NCBI GenBank assembly: GCA_964462735.1
Contig: CAYWYX010000004.1
Location: 1 to 63,170, forward strand
DNA length: 63,170 nt
Direction of reading: 5' to 3'
Source of the DNA: an uncultured Acidobacteriota bacterium
Lineage (GTDB): Bacteria; Acidobacteriota; Terriglobia; Versatilivoradales; Versatilivoraceae
Translations under genes and position numbers: made by a program
Shown: positions 33,389-43,565 of the stretch, one piece after another
Layout: each line of letters begins with the position of its first letter
Numbering within the stretch: the first letter of the stretch is position 1
The notes under the pieces: model-generated
What the model saw: the letters and a program-made list of their open reading frames with translations, nothing else
Databases searched by the model: none
What the model was told of the DNA's origin: nothing

Positions 33389-34366
33389 ATGAAAACGTTA
33401 ACTCAAGTTCCGGTAGGCACCCAAGTTCTTTTTGGCAAGGTAGCGAAACGTCGCAGGCGCATGGAGAAACTCATCTATACTGTTCTGAAACGCTGGAATT
33501 ATCAGGAGATCATTCCTCCGATTTTTGACTATTATGATGTTTTTTCTAGAGGAATGGGATCAGAATCTGAAGCTACTTTGTATAGATTTGTTGACAGGGA
33601 AGGTAATCTTCTTGCTTTACGGCCAGAGTTTACTTCTCTTGTTGCCAAGACTGTTGCCACTAGATTGTTTGATTGGCCAAAGCCACTCAGGCTTTGCTAT
33701 AGCGGTGATGTATTTCGTTATGAAGTACCAAGAGGAGGTAGACAGCGAGAATTCTTTCAACTTGGTATTGAAAATATTGGTGGTAAAAAAGTTTCATGTG
33801 ATGCAGAAGTTATTCAGATTGCCATGGAATCATTGCAGCAAATAGGGATCAAAGAGTTTCAATTTAATCTAGGAGAAATGGGATTTTTTTCTGGTTTGAT
33901 TAAAAAGATTGGTGTTTCCACATTAGACCTTAAACATATCAAGAATCTAATGGAACTTAAAGACCCTATTGGTTTGGCAAGTAGAATGAAACAGTTAAAT
34001 CTATCAACCAAAAAAAAGAATGTACTCTATTCCCTGTTGAATCTAACAGGAAAGTCCGAAGTAATTAGCTCAGCCCGTCGTTTGGTAACAAATGAACAAT
34101 CTATGATAGCTTTAGAAAATCTGGAATCACTCTATAACAAATTAAAACGTCAGAAGTTATCAAAACACCTCACCATAGATCTAAGTGGAGTTAGAGGTCT
34201 AGATTATTATACTGGAATCGTTTTCAAAATTTATGTTCCAGGATCAGGTTTTGAAGTAGGTAGTGGTGGACGTTATGACAATTTGTTGAAGAATTTTGGC
34301 TGTGATCTACCATCAGTGGGATTTACTTTTTATTTAGAACGATTGATGCCCTTTTTCTTAAAGTGA
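33389..34366 (+). CDS. hisZ: ATP phosphoribosyltransferase regulatory subunit HisZ
   Basis: 325 aa with a HisRS-like catalytic core and no anticodon-binding domain (LYRFVDREGNLLALRPEFT, GGRYDNLL). It lies immediately upstream of a short-form hisG. Confidence 0.88.
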   Translation: MKTLTQVPVGTQVLFGKVAKRRRRMEKLIYTVLKRWNYQEIIPPIFDYYDVFSRGMGSESEATLYRFVDREGNLLALRPEFTSLVAKTVATRLFDWPKPLRLCYSGDVFRYEVPRGGRQREFFQLGIENIGGKKVSCDAEVIQIAMESLQQIGIKEFQFNLGEMGFFSGLIKKIGVSTLDLKHIKNLMELKDPIGLASRMKQLNLSTKKKNVLYSLLNLTGKSEVISSARRLVTNEQSMIALENLESLYNKLKRQKLSKHLTIDLSGVRGLDYYTGIVFKIYVPGSGFEVGSGGRYDNLLKNFGCDLPSVGFTFYLERLMPFFLK

Positions 34367-34406
34367 GTGGACACTAAAACTGTGTGTTAAAGGTGCGAGG
34401 TGATCG

Positions 34407-35081
34407 ATGAAGCACAGTGGCAAGATTAAGTCTAAAGAAATCATTTCCATAGCTCTTTCGAAAGGGAGATTATTTGAGGAGGTCCTGAAATTATTTCAGC
34501 GCGTTAATGTTGAACTCATCGATTCCAAACTTGGGTCGAGAAAATTGGTTTTACAAGATAGGGAAGGAAAGTTTCAATTTTTTCTGTTAAAACCAGTTGA
34601 TGTTCCCACTTATGTTGAATATGGGGTTGCAGATGTAGGAATTGCTGGAAGAGATGTTCTGCTTGAATCTAAAGCCGATATCCATCGGCCTCTAGACCTT
34701 AAGATTGGTCAATGTTCCATGGTTGTAGCTGGTATTAGGGGAACTGCTAAAGAAGATTATCGCGAATTATCCGCGGTGCGGATTGCTACAAAATACCCAA
34801 GAATTACCACCGAATATTTTACTCAACGGGGAGTGCCAGTAGAAATTATCTACCTTTCTGGGAGTGTTGAGCTGGCTCCTGTCTTAGGTTTGGCAGAAAG
34901 AATTGTCGATTTGGTATCTACGGGTCAAACACTAGCAGATAACGGTTTGCAAATTATAGAGAAAATCTGTGATATTTCTGCATGTTTGGTAGTAAATAGG
35001 GCTAGCTATCAGATTAAACATCGAGCAATAACTAGATTGATTAAGCTTTTGGAAAAATCCTCTCCAATCATTAAGTCTTGA
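34407..35081 (+). CDS. hisG: ATP phosphoribosyltransferase, short form
   Basis: 224 aa with ALSKGRL, DVGIAGRDVL and LVSTGQTL. It lacks the C-terminal regulatory domain, consistent with dependence on HisZ. Confidence 0.92.
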   Translation: MKHSGKIKSKEIISIALSKGRLFEEVLKLFQRVNVELIDSKLGSRKLVLQDREGKFQFFLLKPVDVPTYVEYGVADVGIAGRDVLLESKADIHRPLDLKIGQCSMVVAGIRGTAKEDYRELSAVRIATKYPRITTEYFTQRGVPVEIIYLSGSVELAPVLGLAERIVDLVSTGQTLADNGLQIIEKICDISACLVVNRASYQIKHRAITRLIKLLEKSSPIIKS

Positions 35082-35131
35082 TTACGAATACCTTAAAGTA
35101 ATGTTTTAGATGAGTTTAGAGGCTTGAAATA

Positions 35132-36421
35132 ATGATTCCAATTTACCATTGGCCTTCTGCTGAAGCAAAAAATCATCTGCAAAAGGTTAGTTTAAGGGGC
35201 AGTAAGGAAGATACAGTGCTTCAATCTAGGGTTGCTACTATTTTAAGTACGGTAAAAAAAGTGGGAGATGAGGCGGTTAGAAAATGGATTAGACAATTTG
35301 AAGAATATGATCCTAAAGAACTAAAAATTGATCCAATGGAGATCAAGGATTTAGCAAGTCAAGCAGATCCTGAGTTACTTAAGATTATTCAGCAAGCTAA
35401 AAGGAACATCTGGGATTTTCATGAACGTCAACGGGAAAAGTCTTGGGAACTTGAAGCTAAGGATGGAGTTAAACTTGGTCAAAGAATTACCCCCTTACAA
35501 ACGGTTGGTCTCTACGTTCCAGGAGGCACTGCAGCGTATCCTTCAACTGTGCTTATGAACGCAATTCCTGCACAGATTGCAGGAGTCTCTAGGATTATTG
35601 TTACTACACCCTATCGAAAATTTCAGAAGAATCCTCTTATAGCAGCTGTTTTTAAGGAACTTGGATTAGAAGAAGTATATGGAGTTGGTGGTGCTCAAGC
35701 AATAGCCGCCCTTGCATATGGTACGGCTACTATTCCTAGGGTCAATAAAATAGTTGGTCCTGGTAACGCCTTTGTAGCTGAGGCTAAGAAACAAGTTTTT
35801 GGTTCCGTGGATATCGACGTGATAGCTGGTCCTTCAGAAGTGGTAATTGTTAGTGATGAGTTTGCTAATCCTGTATTTGTTGCTGCAGACTTAATGGCTC
35901 AAGCAGAGCATGATGAATCTGCATTGGCACTTGCTATTACATTTTCAGCTACTCAGGCGGAAGCTATTAAAGAAAGTCTAATTGACCAGGTAAAGCATTT
36001 CAGTCGAAAGACGATTATCCAAAAGGCTCTGAGTAAATTTGGTGTTATTTTAGTGGTTAAACAGGTAAAAGAGGCAGCTGAAATAGTAAATAATATAGCT
36101 CCTGAGCACCTTGAACTATTAATGGAGAGTGCAGAATCTTTTGCAGAGAAAATTGATGCGGCCGGAGCTATTTTTTTTGGCGCAAATTCTTGTGAAACAG
36201 TTGGTGATTATTTTGCTGGTCCTAACCATGTACTTCCTACAGGAGGAACATCTCAATTCGCCTCTCCACTTGGAGTCTATGACTTCATAAAGAGGACAAA
36301 TCTGATCAAGTATAGTCGCCAAGCGATCACTAAACATTATCGAGCTATTGAGCAATTTGCTTTAGCTGAAAAGCTTGATGCCCATGCTCACAGTGTCAGG
36401 GTCAGAGTAGAGAGAAACTAA
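35132..36421 (+). CDS. hisD: Histidinol dehydrogenase
   Basis: 429 aa with [23 protein letters not shown] and QAEHDE. Confidence 0.95.
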   Translation: MIPIYHWPSAEAKNHLQKVSLRGSKEDTVLQSRVATILSTVKKVGDEAVRKWIRQFEEYDPKELKIDPMEIKDLASQADPELLKIIQQAKRNIWDFHERQREKSWELEAKDGVKLGQRITPLQTVGLYVPGGTAAYPSTVLMNAIPAQIAGVSRIIVTTPYRKFQKNPLIAAVFKELGLEEVYGVGGAQAIAALAYGTATIPRVNKIVGPGNAFVAEAKKQVFGSVDIDVIAGPSEVVIVSDEFANPVFVAADLMAQAEHDESALALAITFSATQAEAIKESLIDQVKHFSRKTIIQKALSKFGVILVVKQVKEAAEIVNNIAPEHLELLMESAESFAEKIDAAGAIFFGANSCETVGDYFAGPNHVLPTGGTSQFASPLGVYDFIKRTNLIKYSRQAITKHYRAIEQFALAEKLDAHAHSVRVRVERN

Positions 36422-36459
36422 AGCCTGAAACCGATAGAATAGAAGTGAGTATTTAACTA

Positions 36460-37464
36460 ATGGTTCGAAAACAGCTAAGGTGGGGGATTTTGGGGGTTGG
36501 CCAGATATCAGAGATCTTGGCTCCAGCAATACAATCATCAAGATTTGCGGTTCCCTACGCAATTTCTAGCCGGTCTCAAAAAAAGTCCAAGGAATTTGCA
36601 GAAAGACACGGATTTTTAAAGGCTCATGGTAGTTACCAGGAACTTCTTGAGGATCCGAAAGTAGATGTAGTTTATAACTCTCTACCCAACTGGCTGCACT
36701 GTGAGTGGACGATTAAAGCTCTAAAACTGGGTAAACACGTACTTTGTGAAAAGCCACTTGCTAACAGTCTGAGTGAGTGTAAAAAAATGATTAAAGTTTC
36801 GAAAAAGACAGACCGGCTTTTGGTAGAAGCTTTTGCCTACAGGTTCCATCCCCAAACTATAAGAATTAAGTCCATCATTGAAAGTGGAAAAATTGGTAAG
36901 ATCAGAATAATTCGAGCGTTTCTTGGATTTCCCTTGAACTTAGGTACTTCTAACGTTCGCTTCAAAGACCAATCGGGTGGAGGAGTACTTATGGATATGG
37001 GATGTTACGCTATCAATGTAATACGGTATCTTGTGGGATCAGAGCCATTGAGAGTCTATGGTCATGAATTATTGGGAACCAAACATCCTGTTGATTTAAC
37101 CTTTGGTGGAATACTAGCTTTTTCTAGAGAACTTTTGGGTATTTTTAGTTGCACTTTTTTAACAGTTCGAGATTTTCAATTGGAAATTATTGGCTCAAAG
37201 GGCAGTATCTTTGTTGCCAGTCCGTGGCATCCTGATTCAATTCATCCATCATTTACGTTGCAATTAGGTACTAAGAAGCAGGTAATCACTTCTAAAAGAG
37301 GTGGAGATATTTATCGTTTACAGGTAGATCAGTTCAGTCGCTGTATTAGAGAAAAAGTTCAACCAAATCTGTCATTACAGGATTCATTGGGTAACATGGC
37401 AGTCATTGAGGCTTTGCAGCACTCCTCTCAAACGGGTAGAGAGATTAAAGTTATTAAGGTATAG
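36460..37464 (+). CDS. Gfo/Idh/MocA-family NAD(P)-dependent oxidoreductase
   Basis: 334 aa with an N-terminal Rossmann segment WGILGVGQISE and an EKPLA motif (LCEKPLANS). Confidence 0.8.
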   Translation: MVRKQLRWGILGVGQISEILAPAIQSSRFAVPYAISSRSQKKSKEFAERHGFLKAHGSYQELLEDPKVDVVYNSLPNWLHCEWTIKALKLGKHVLCEKPLANSLSECKKMIKVSKKTDRLLVEAFAYRFHPQTIRIKSIIESGKIGKIRIIRAFLGFPLNLGTSNVRFKDQSGGGVLMDMGCYAINVIRYLVGSEPLRVYGHELLGTKHPVDLTFGGILAFSRELLGIFSCTFLTVRDFQLEIIGSKGSIFVASPWHPDSIHPSFTLQLGTKKQVITSKRGGDIYRLQVDQFSRCIREKVQPNLSLQDSLGNMAVIEALQHSSQTGREIKVIKV

Positions 37465-37496
37465 AAAAAATTAATTTTTGAACAAATATTAACTTT

Positions 37497-38501
37497 ATGC
37501 AGCAAAATCTCATCAAAATTTTGGACGTCATTATTATAGGTGCTGGGCCAACGGGACTAGCATGTGCTATTGAGGCAGAGCAGAGTGGTCTTGATTATCT
37601 AGTAATTGAAAAAGGCTGTATTGTTAATTCAATTCTAAACTTTCCCCTCCAGATGATCTTTTTTACTACACCTGAACTCCTTGAGATTGGTGGAATGCCT
37701 TTTGTCTCTCCCTATCAAAAGCCAACTCGAATGGAAGCTTTAAAATATTATCGGAGAGTTGCAGATACCTATCAAATTAAAATAAATCTTTATGAGACTG
37801 TCGCCTGTGTTGAAGGAACAGATGGTGGCTTTCAAGTCAGAACACAAACCCGTGAAAAGAACAAGTGCCTTTACAAAGCGAAAAAAATTGTTTTGGCTAC
37901 AGGGTATTACGATATTCCTAATTTTTTAAACATTTCAGGAGAGAACTTAGAAAAAGTCAAACATTACTATAAGGAAGCACATCCCTATTATGGTATGGAT
38001 GTTGCTGTTATTGGAGGAAAGAATTCTGCCGCTGTTGCAGCACTGGATCTCTATCGGGCTGGCGCTCGAGTGACTCTTATTCACCGTGGAAAAAATTTGA
38101 GTCAAAGTATCAAATACTGGATAAAGCCAGATATTGAAAATCGTATTAAGGCTAAAGAAATTTCTGCTTTTTTCAGGACTAATGTAATCGAGATTTCTCC
38201 AAAGGTAATTGTTTTATCTGATCAAACTGGGAAAACTTGGTCGATCAATAATGATTTTGTCTTTGCCATGACAGGATACCGTCCTGATCTTGAATTTTTT
38301 AAGTCTCTCGGGATTAGTTTGAGTTCCAAAGGTCAAAGACCATTGATTAGCAAGGATACTTATGAGAGTAATGTCCCAGGAATTTATTTGGCGGGAGTTG
38401 TTGTCGGTGGAATGATGACTAACGAAGTATTTATTGAAAATGGTCGATTTCATGGACAAGTAGTCATTGGTGATATCCAAAAAAAACTTAATCAAAAATG
38501 A
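37497..38501 (+). CDS. ypdA: YpdA-family FAD/NAD(P)-dependent disulfide reductase (putative bacillithiol-disulfide reductase type)
   Basis: 334 aa. VIIIGAGPTGLACA...VIEKGCIVNSILNFPLQMIFFTTPELLEIGGMPF parallels B. subtilis YpdA. A second dinucleotide site is VAVIGGKNSA. Confidence 0.7.
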   Translation: MQQNLIKILDVIIIGAGPTGLACAIEAEQSGLDYLVIEKGCIVNSILNFPLQMIFFTTPELLEIGGMPFVSPYQKPTRMEALKYYRRVADTYQIKINLYETVACVEGTDGGFQVRTQTREKNKCLYKAKKIVLATGYYDIPNFLNISGENLEKVKHYYKEAHPYYGMDVAVIGGKNSAAVAALDLYRAGARVTLIHRGKNLSQSIKYWIKPDIENRIKAKEISAFFRTNVIEISPKVIVLSDQTGKTWSINNDFVFAMTGYRPDLEFFKSLGISLSSKGQRPLISKDTYESNVPGIYLAGVVVGGMMTNEVFIENGRFHGQVVIGDIQKKLNQK

Positions 38502-38585
38502 CTGGACCATAGTAATTTTAGTCGGTCGGTAAGCAGTTTGAAAAACAGAATATCAATCAATTCATAAAAGGTCTAAACTCATTTT

Positions 38586-39734
38586 TTGTCATTTGCAATG
38601 CAAAGTACCCTTATAGTCAAAGCTACCAAGTTCATTACTGTCTTTGTATTAAATATATTTTCTTTATCAATAGCCCTTGCCCACGACTTTTCAATTACTG
38701 AAACCACTATCTTCTTAGATAGTTCCAATACATATAAAATTGACATGTTAGTGGATGTTGATGCATTGGCTCTAGGAGTTTCTCCTACTTCCGATTCAGA
38801 GCAGGTTGTATCTATTCTTACGGCCTTGTCCCTGCAGGATCTCGAACAAGCAAAACAAAAGGCTCGCCAGACTATTCAACGTCGTATCCGACTACGGTTT
38901 GATGGAACCAAATATGTTCCAACCATTACATTCCCAGATCATGGAACGAAATTTTCTGTTGAAAGTGAACTTCCCACCTTTCTTGGATTGACTGCCCGAC
39001 TTTCAGGGGAAATTCCTCAATTTTCTAAGGAGTTAACCTTTGGAGCTTCTCGGGCTTTTAAAGTAGTTAACCTTACAATTATAGACAAACGAGTAGGAAA
39101 GACTGTTCAACAACTTTTGGGTGTTGGTGAAGATAGCTCTCCATATGACTTGCAAAGTCGGTCTTTGGTTGGTGGAGAAGGAACAGTTGTTTTTCGTTAC
39201 ATATTGGTCGGCTTCGAACATATTTTGCCGAAAGGTTTGGATCATATTTTGTTTGTTCTGGGGCTTTTCCTATTTAGTTATCACCTGAGGCCGTTACTTT
39301 GGCAAATAACAGCCTTTACTTTAGCCCATTCAATAACACTAGCACTGTCTATTTTTGGTCTATTTACACTACCTTCCCGTCCGGTTGAAGCACTAATTGC
39401 ACTTTCAATTGTATACGTAGGAATAGAAAACATGGTCACTACAGAACTAAAGCCTTGGCGACCCATGGTCGTTTTTGTTTTTGGACTGTTACATGGTCTT
39501 GGTTTTGCCCAGGTTTTACGTCAAGTTAGCATGCCGAAGGAACATTTTTTGACAGCTTTATTAACATTTAATTTAGGAATTGAGTTTGGTCAGATAACTG
39601 TGTTGGCTTTAGCTTTTTTACTTTTTGGATGGTTTAGAGAAAAGTCTTGGTATAGACGAAGAGTTGTTTTACCTGGATCAGTTTTGATCTGTTTAATTGC
39701 TACTTATTGGTGTATTGAACGAACTTTCTTATAA
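38586..39734 (+). CDS. HupE/UreJ-family membrane protein (putative Ni/Co transporter) with a periplasmic N-terminal domain of about 200 aa
   Basis: 382 aa with a signal peptide, then a HupE/UreJ core containing FEHILPKGLDHILFVLGL and several TM helices. The alternative start ATG 38598 is equally plausible. Confidence 0.75.
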   Translation: MSFAMQSTLIVKATKFITVFVLNIFSLSIALAHDFSITETTIFLDSSNTYKIDMLVDVDALALGVSPTSDSEQVVSILTALSLQDLEQAKQKARQTIQRRIRLRFDGTKYVPTITFPDHGTKFSVESELPTFLGLTARLSGEIPQFSKELTFGASRAFKVVNLTIIDKRVGKTVQQLLGVGEDSSPYDLQSRSLVGGEGTVVFRYILVGFEHILPKGLDHILFVLGLFLFSYHLRPLLWQITAFTLAHSITLALSIFGLFTLPSRPVEALIALSIVYVGIENMVTTELKPWRPMVVFVFGLLHGLGFAQVLRQVSMPKEHFLTALLTFNLGIEFGQITVLALAFLLFGWFREKSWYRRRVVLPGSVLICLIATYWCIERTFL

Positions 39735-39879
39735 CCAACAAAAATAGTTGTTTGGTTTAAGTGGTATAGAATTAAATTGATTTTGAGTGCTTGTGGTAGA
39801 TGTAGTCCAAGTTTTTTAGAATGGTAAGAAAATATATTGCTTAACTGTCTGAAGAAGTAATTAGGAGGATTAGTAGTAA

Positions 39880-41046
39880 CTATATTTCTAAGAACTTGGG
39901 CAGTTTAGTAAGGTTTCGACAACCTTTTGATGTAACGACTACTAGATCTTCTATTCTAACTCCACCAATTCCATTGTAATATAGACCTGGTTCAACTGTA
40001 ACAACCTGACCTTTCTTTAAGATATCTTGTGCTTTTGAACCAATATAGGGTGGTTCATGAATTTCAAGTCCTACACCGTGCCCTGTGCCATGAAAAAAAC
40101 CTTGCATACGACCATGATGAGTACCAGTTGGAAAGCCTAGGCTATGAAAGGTTTGTACGATCATTTGGTGAATTTTTCTACCACTAGAGCCTTCTTTGAT
40201 TTGGTCTAAGGCTAGGGCCTGGGTACTTAAGACTGCATTGTAAATGTCTTTAATTTTGTTATTGGCGTTACCACGAACCACAGTTCGAGTTATGTCACCC
40301 CAATACCCTGAGTTCTGGCAGCGAGGAAAAATATCAAGAATAATAGGTTTGTGAGCTGGAAGTGGCCCGTGGCCTTCGTTATGAGGATCGCATCCATGAT
40401 TTCCTCCTGCAACAATGGTGTGAGAAGCTAAATATCCATGGCTTAAAAGGATGGAGTTAATTTTGTGTTTAACTTTTTCTGCGGTGAGGGGGACACCATT
40501 TAAAATCAATTTCTTATTTGAATTGATTCTAGAATTCCGAATCATTTCAATTCCAGCTATGAGAGCATTTTCAGCAGTTTTCTGGGCTTTACTTATTTCT
40601 CTAATCTCTTGTCTCTGTTTGATTTGACGTTCTTCAAAAAATGGCTCTGGTTTGGGAATTATTTTAAAACCACGTCGACGTAGCTTCCAAGCAAGCCCCG
40701 TAGGAAATTCATAAGGTACCTGTACCGTTTTAATTTTTTTTTTGGTGAAAATCCAATCGATGACAGCAGCAGTATCTATCGTTCTATGTCCTTGTTTGGA
40801 TATTTCTTGTTGAATATGTGATAAAGAAAGAATTGTATTAACTTTAGCTTGGCGGTGTGCCCGATCAATTTCCAAATCACTCATTACCGAATAAGACCGG
40901 CCAAAAAATTCAAAGTAAATGAAAGAATCTGGAGCAAAAAATTTAGTGGCATATAGCATGTCTGCATTAATTTCACTTGCTGCGACTAAAAGTTTCGCAT
41001 CAATTGGTGTAGGGATTTTTTTTTTACTTTTGGGGTTTGATGTCAT
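39880..41046 (-). CDS. pepP: Xaa-Pro aminopeptidase/dipeptidase (M24B)
   Basis: 388 aa with the pita-bread metal-ligand motifs HGTGHGVGLEIHEPP and VEPG...GGVRIED. Confidence 0.85.
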   Translation of the reverse strand: MTSNPKSKKKIPTPIDAKLLVAASEINADMLYATKFFAPDSFIYFEFFGRSYSVMSDLEIDRAHRQAKVNTILSLSHIQQEISKQGHRTIDTAAVIDWIFTKKKIKTVQVPYEFPTGLAWKLRRRGFKIIPKPEPFFEERQIKQRQEIREISKAQKTAENALIAGIEMIRNSRINSNKKLILNGVPLTAEKVKHKINSILLSHGYLASHTIVAGGNHGCDPHNEGHGPLPAHKPIILDIFPRCQNSGYWGDITRTVVRGNANNKIKDIYNAVLSTQALALDQIKEGSSGRKIHQMIVQTFHSLGFPTGTHHGRMQGFFHGTGHGVGLEIHEPPYIGSKAQDILKKGQVVTVEPGLYYNGIGGVRIEDLVVVTSKGCRNLTKLPKFLEI

Positions 41047-41080
41047 AAAAACAGATAAATTTAAAAAAACTAAATTCTAA

Positions 41081-42679
41081 TTAATTCAAAAAAGGAGTTT
41101 GTAAAATGGGAAGATCAGCCATTAAAGCACATATACTATCAATAGTCTGGTTAACTTTTCTTTTGGAAACCTCATAATTGTTAACAATGATGGCAAAAGC
41201 TATTTTTTCATTGTTGTTAACTGGTTGAACATATCCACAAAGAGAGGAAACAAAACGCAAGCTACCTGTTTTTGCAAAAACTCTTCCTGTGGCAGAGCTA
41301 TTTTTCATTCGATGTCTGAGAGTTCCATCTTTGCCAGCTATGGCTAAACTTTCTAGAAACTTTTGACCGTTAGGATGTTGATCCATAAATTGCAAAAGGC
41401 GAACAATCGATTCAGGCGTTAATAGGTTAGTGCGAGAAAGCCCAGAAGCATCACTTAGGTTAAGATGTACTTTGGAAATACCTGCTTTCTCTAAGAAAGT
41501 CTCTATAGCGTTAAACCCTGTTTTTAAAGTTCCTACTCCTGATTTTTCAGCTCCCAATCCTCTGAGTAGCATATCTGCATAAAGATTGTGACTATTTTTT
41601 AACAGAATTTTTAAGCTTTCAATTAAGGGCGGAGAATACCAGTTAGAAATCTGGTTTTTAGGAAAATAGTCAATTTGTTTTTGACGTGCTCTATCTAGGG
41701 ACAGATCACCTTGCTCCATTACCTCTAGAGGGTTCAGAGTTCTAGTAATTGATTGGCCGCTGATAAATACACCACGCTTTTCCAAAGATGATTTAAGAGA
41801 GGTGGCAGCATTTAAAGCTGGATCAGAAATAGAAAGAAAATATGATAGCTGGGGAGATTTTTCGGAGATGTTACCTAAAATTGTCAGAACAGTTCCAGTA
41901 GGGTCTCTTCCAATTCTGATATCAGTTCCTTTTTCAGCGGGTACAGTAATAACTTTATTGATAACATCCAACTTCTGCTGCTTAGGGTTAATTTCAATTA
42001 TGCTTGGATCTCCGATAGCTTCACCAGAAAATACTGAGACATTAAAGGAATTTTCGTGAACAGATAGTGCACTGCAAGGGGCTCCATATCCCCATAACAA
42101 ATCCTCGTAATCCCAGTTTCGACCAAAAGGTTCATTTAAAAACAAAGTAGTGTCTACAATGATATTCCCTTCTATTTTTCGAATACCGTACTCAACAATT
42201 TGATCTGCGATAGACTCAATAAATGCCGAATTTTCATAGATTATTAGTTTTTTAATATTAGGTTGATAGATTCGTTTTTCTAAGTTGGGATCCCCCTTCC
42301 CAACTAACACTAAATTACCTAAAAGACGTCCTTTTTTATCTAGCCGACCTTCGAAAAAAACAGGAGTTTTAAACTGGTAATCTTTGCCCCAGTGATCGAG
42401 GGCGGCAGCTGAAACCAGTAGTTTCATTCCAGAAGCTGGAGGTAATCGTTTTTTCTCGTTATAGGTAAAGAGAATCTCATTATTTTGGAGTGAGACGATT
42501 TGAATACCCCAAAAAGCTGAATTAAATTGAGGGTGGTTAATTAAGGAAGTAATACTAGATTTCAATGAAGAACGTGAGGTTTCTGGGAACGCTGCTTGTA
42601 ATCTAAAAGGGTAGGTAAGGTATAAGATTAACAGCAGTGCAGCAAAGTTTTTGAAAGACTTCTGACAAAAATTATTCAT
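41081..42679 (-). CDS. dacB: D-alanyl-D-alanine carboxypeptidase/endopeptidase (PBP4, S13 family)
   Basis: 532 aa with a signal peptide, SxxK (ASGMKLL) and KTG (FAKTGSL). The size is that of PBP4. Its start overlaps the dapD stop by 4 nt. Confidence 0.85.
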   Translation of the reverse strand: MNNFCQKSFKNFAALLLILYLTYPFRLQAAFPETSRSSLKSSITSLINHPQFNSAFWGIQIVSLQNNEILFTYNEKKRLPPASGMKLLVSAAALDHWGKDYQFKTPVFFEGRLDKKGRLLGNLVLVGKGDPNLEKRIYQPNIKKLIIYENSAFIESIADQIVEYGIRKIEGNIIVDTTLFLNEPFGRNWDYEDLLWGYGAPCSALSVHENSFNVSVFSGEAIGDPSIIEINPKQQKLDVINKVITVPAEKGTDIRIGRDPTGTVLTILGNISEKSPQLSYFLSISDPALNAATSLKSSLEKRGVFISGQSITRTLNPLEVMEQGDLSLDRARQKQIDYFPKNQISNWYSPPLIESLKILLKNSHNLYADMLLRGLGAEKSGVGTLKTGFNAIETFLEKAGISKVHLNLSDASGLSRTNLLTPESIVRLLQFMDQHPNGQKFLESLAIAGKDGTLRHRMKNSSATGRVFAKTGSLRFVSSLCGYVQPVNNNEKIAFAIIVNNYEVSKRKVNQTIDSICALMADLPILQTPFLN

Positions 42680-43521
42680 CGCAATAATTCTTCCAGTGTT
42701 GTTGACAAATTAGTACTGGAGTCACGATATTTAACAATGACAGGGCAGGAGATTTGAAGACCATGTAAAAGAGCAAAGTTATTTTGGATTTTTCTGCTAC
42801 CGGGAACGACAATGGCATTTGTTGGAATAATCAGTGGGGTTTCACTAGATCCTCGGAAAATTTGTTCAGTTATCAAGTCATATACAGGAACCGATCCTGT
42901 TAAGATAGTCCCTGCACCGAGTACTGCACCAGTTTGAATGATTGTTCCCTCATATATGCCGCAGTTACCTCCTACTAGAACATCATCTTCAATAATAACT
43001 GGTAAAGCTCCAATAGGTTCTAGAATTCCTCCTACCTGGCTACCTGCACTTAAATGGACTCTTCGACCAATTTGAGCACATGAACCTACCAGGGCATGGG
43101 AATCTATCATGGTGCCTTCATCAACATAAGCCCCTACATTAATATACATAGGGGGCATTAGGGTCACTTGGTTCCCCAGATAAGCGCCCCTTCGTACTGA
43201 AGATCCACCTGGTACCAAACGGATATTATTTTTTGCTAGTGGCTTAAGATTCTTTAGTGGATAGGTTTGTTTATCACAAAACTGAAAATGGTCATTTAAT
43301 GAGAAATCAGCATTTGTTCCAAGTCTAAATCCTAGAAGAATGCCTTGTTTGACCCAAGTATTCACTTTCCAAACACCATCTTTTTTTTCTGCAGCCCTGA
43401 TTTCCCCTCTATCTAACTTGTTGATAAAAATCTCGAATAGTTGATTTGACTCTTCATCGAGTTCATCAATTTTTCTTTCATAGTGATCGGTAATCAGTTT
43501 TTCTAATTCAATTTTGTTCAT
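42676..43521 (-). CDS. dapD: 2,3,4,5-tetrahydropyridine-2,6-dicarboxylate N-succinyltransferase
   Basis: 281 aa with an N-terminal DapD domain (RAAEKKDGVWKVNTWVKQGILLGFRL) and a hexapeptide-repeat beta-helix. Confidence 0.88.
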   Translation of the reverse strand: MNKIELEKLITDHYERKIDELDEESNQLFEIFINKLDRGEIRAAEKKDGVWKVNTWVKQGILLGFRLGTNADFSLNDHFQFCDKQTYPLKNLKPLAKNNIRLVPGGSSVRRGAYLGNQVTLMPPMYINVGAYVDEGTMIDSHALVGSCAQIGRRVHLSAGSQVGGILEPIGALPVIIEDDVLVGGNCGIYEGTIIQTGAVLGAGTILTGSVPVYDLITEQIFRGSSETPLIIPTNAIVVPGSRKIQNNFALLHGLQISCPVIVKYRDSSTNLSTTLEELLR

Positions 43522-43565
43522 TTTTAGCTCAAGGAAAGAGCGGAGAAGAAAGTTAACTGCTTGTA

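Noticed and set aside
33525-33845. 106-aa plus-strand ORF in another frame of hisZ
   Set aside because: It overlaps the HisZ frame, which has clear HisRS-like motifs. The alternative translation is Leu/Phe-rich noise.
39733-39758. Possible bidirectional terminator between the convergent hupE-like and pepP genes
   Set aside because: The hairpin AACCAACAA/TTGTTTGGTT is imperfect (one bulge), almost entirely A:T, and lacks a proper U-tract. It is too weak to call.
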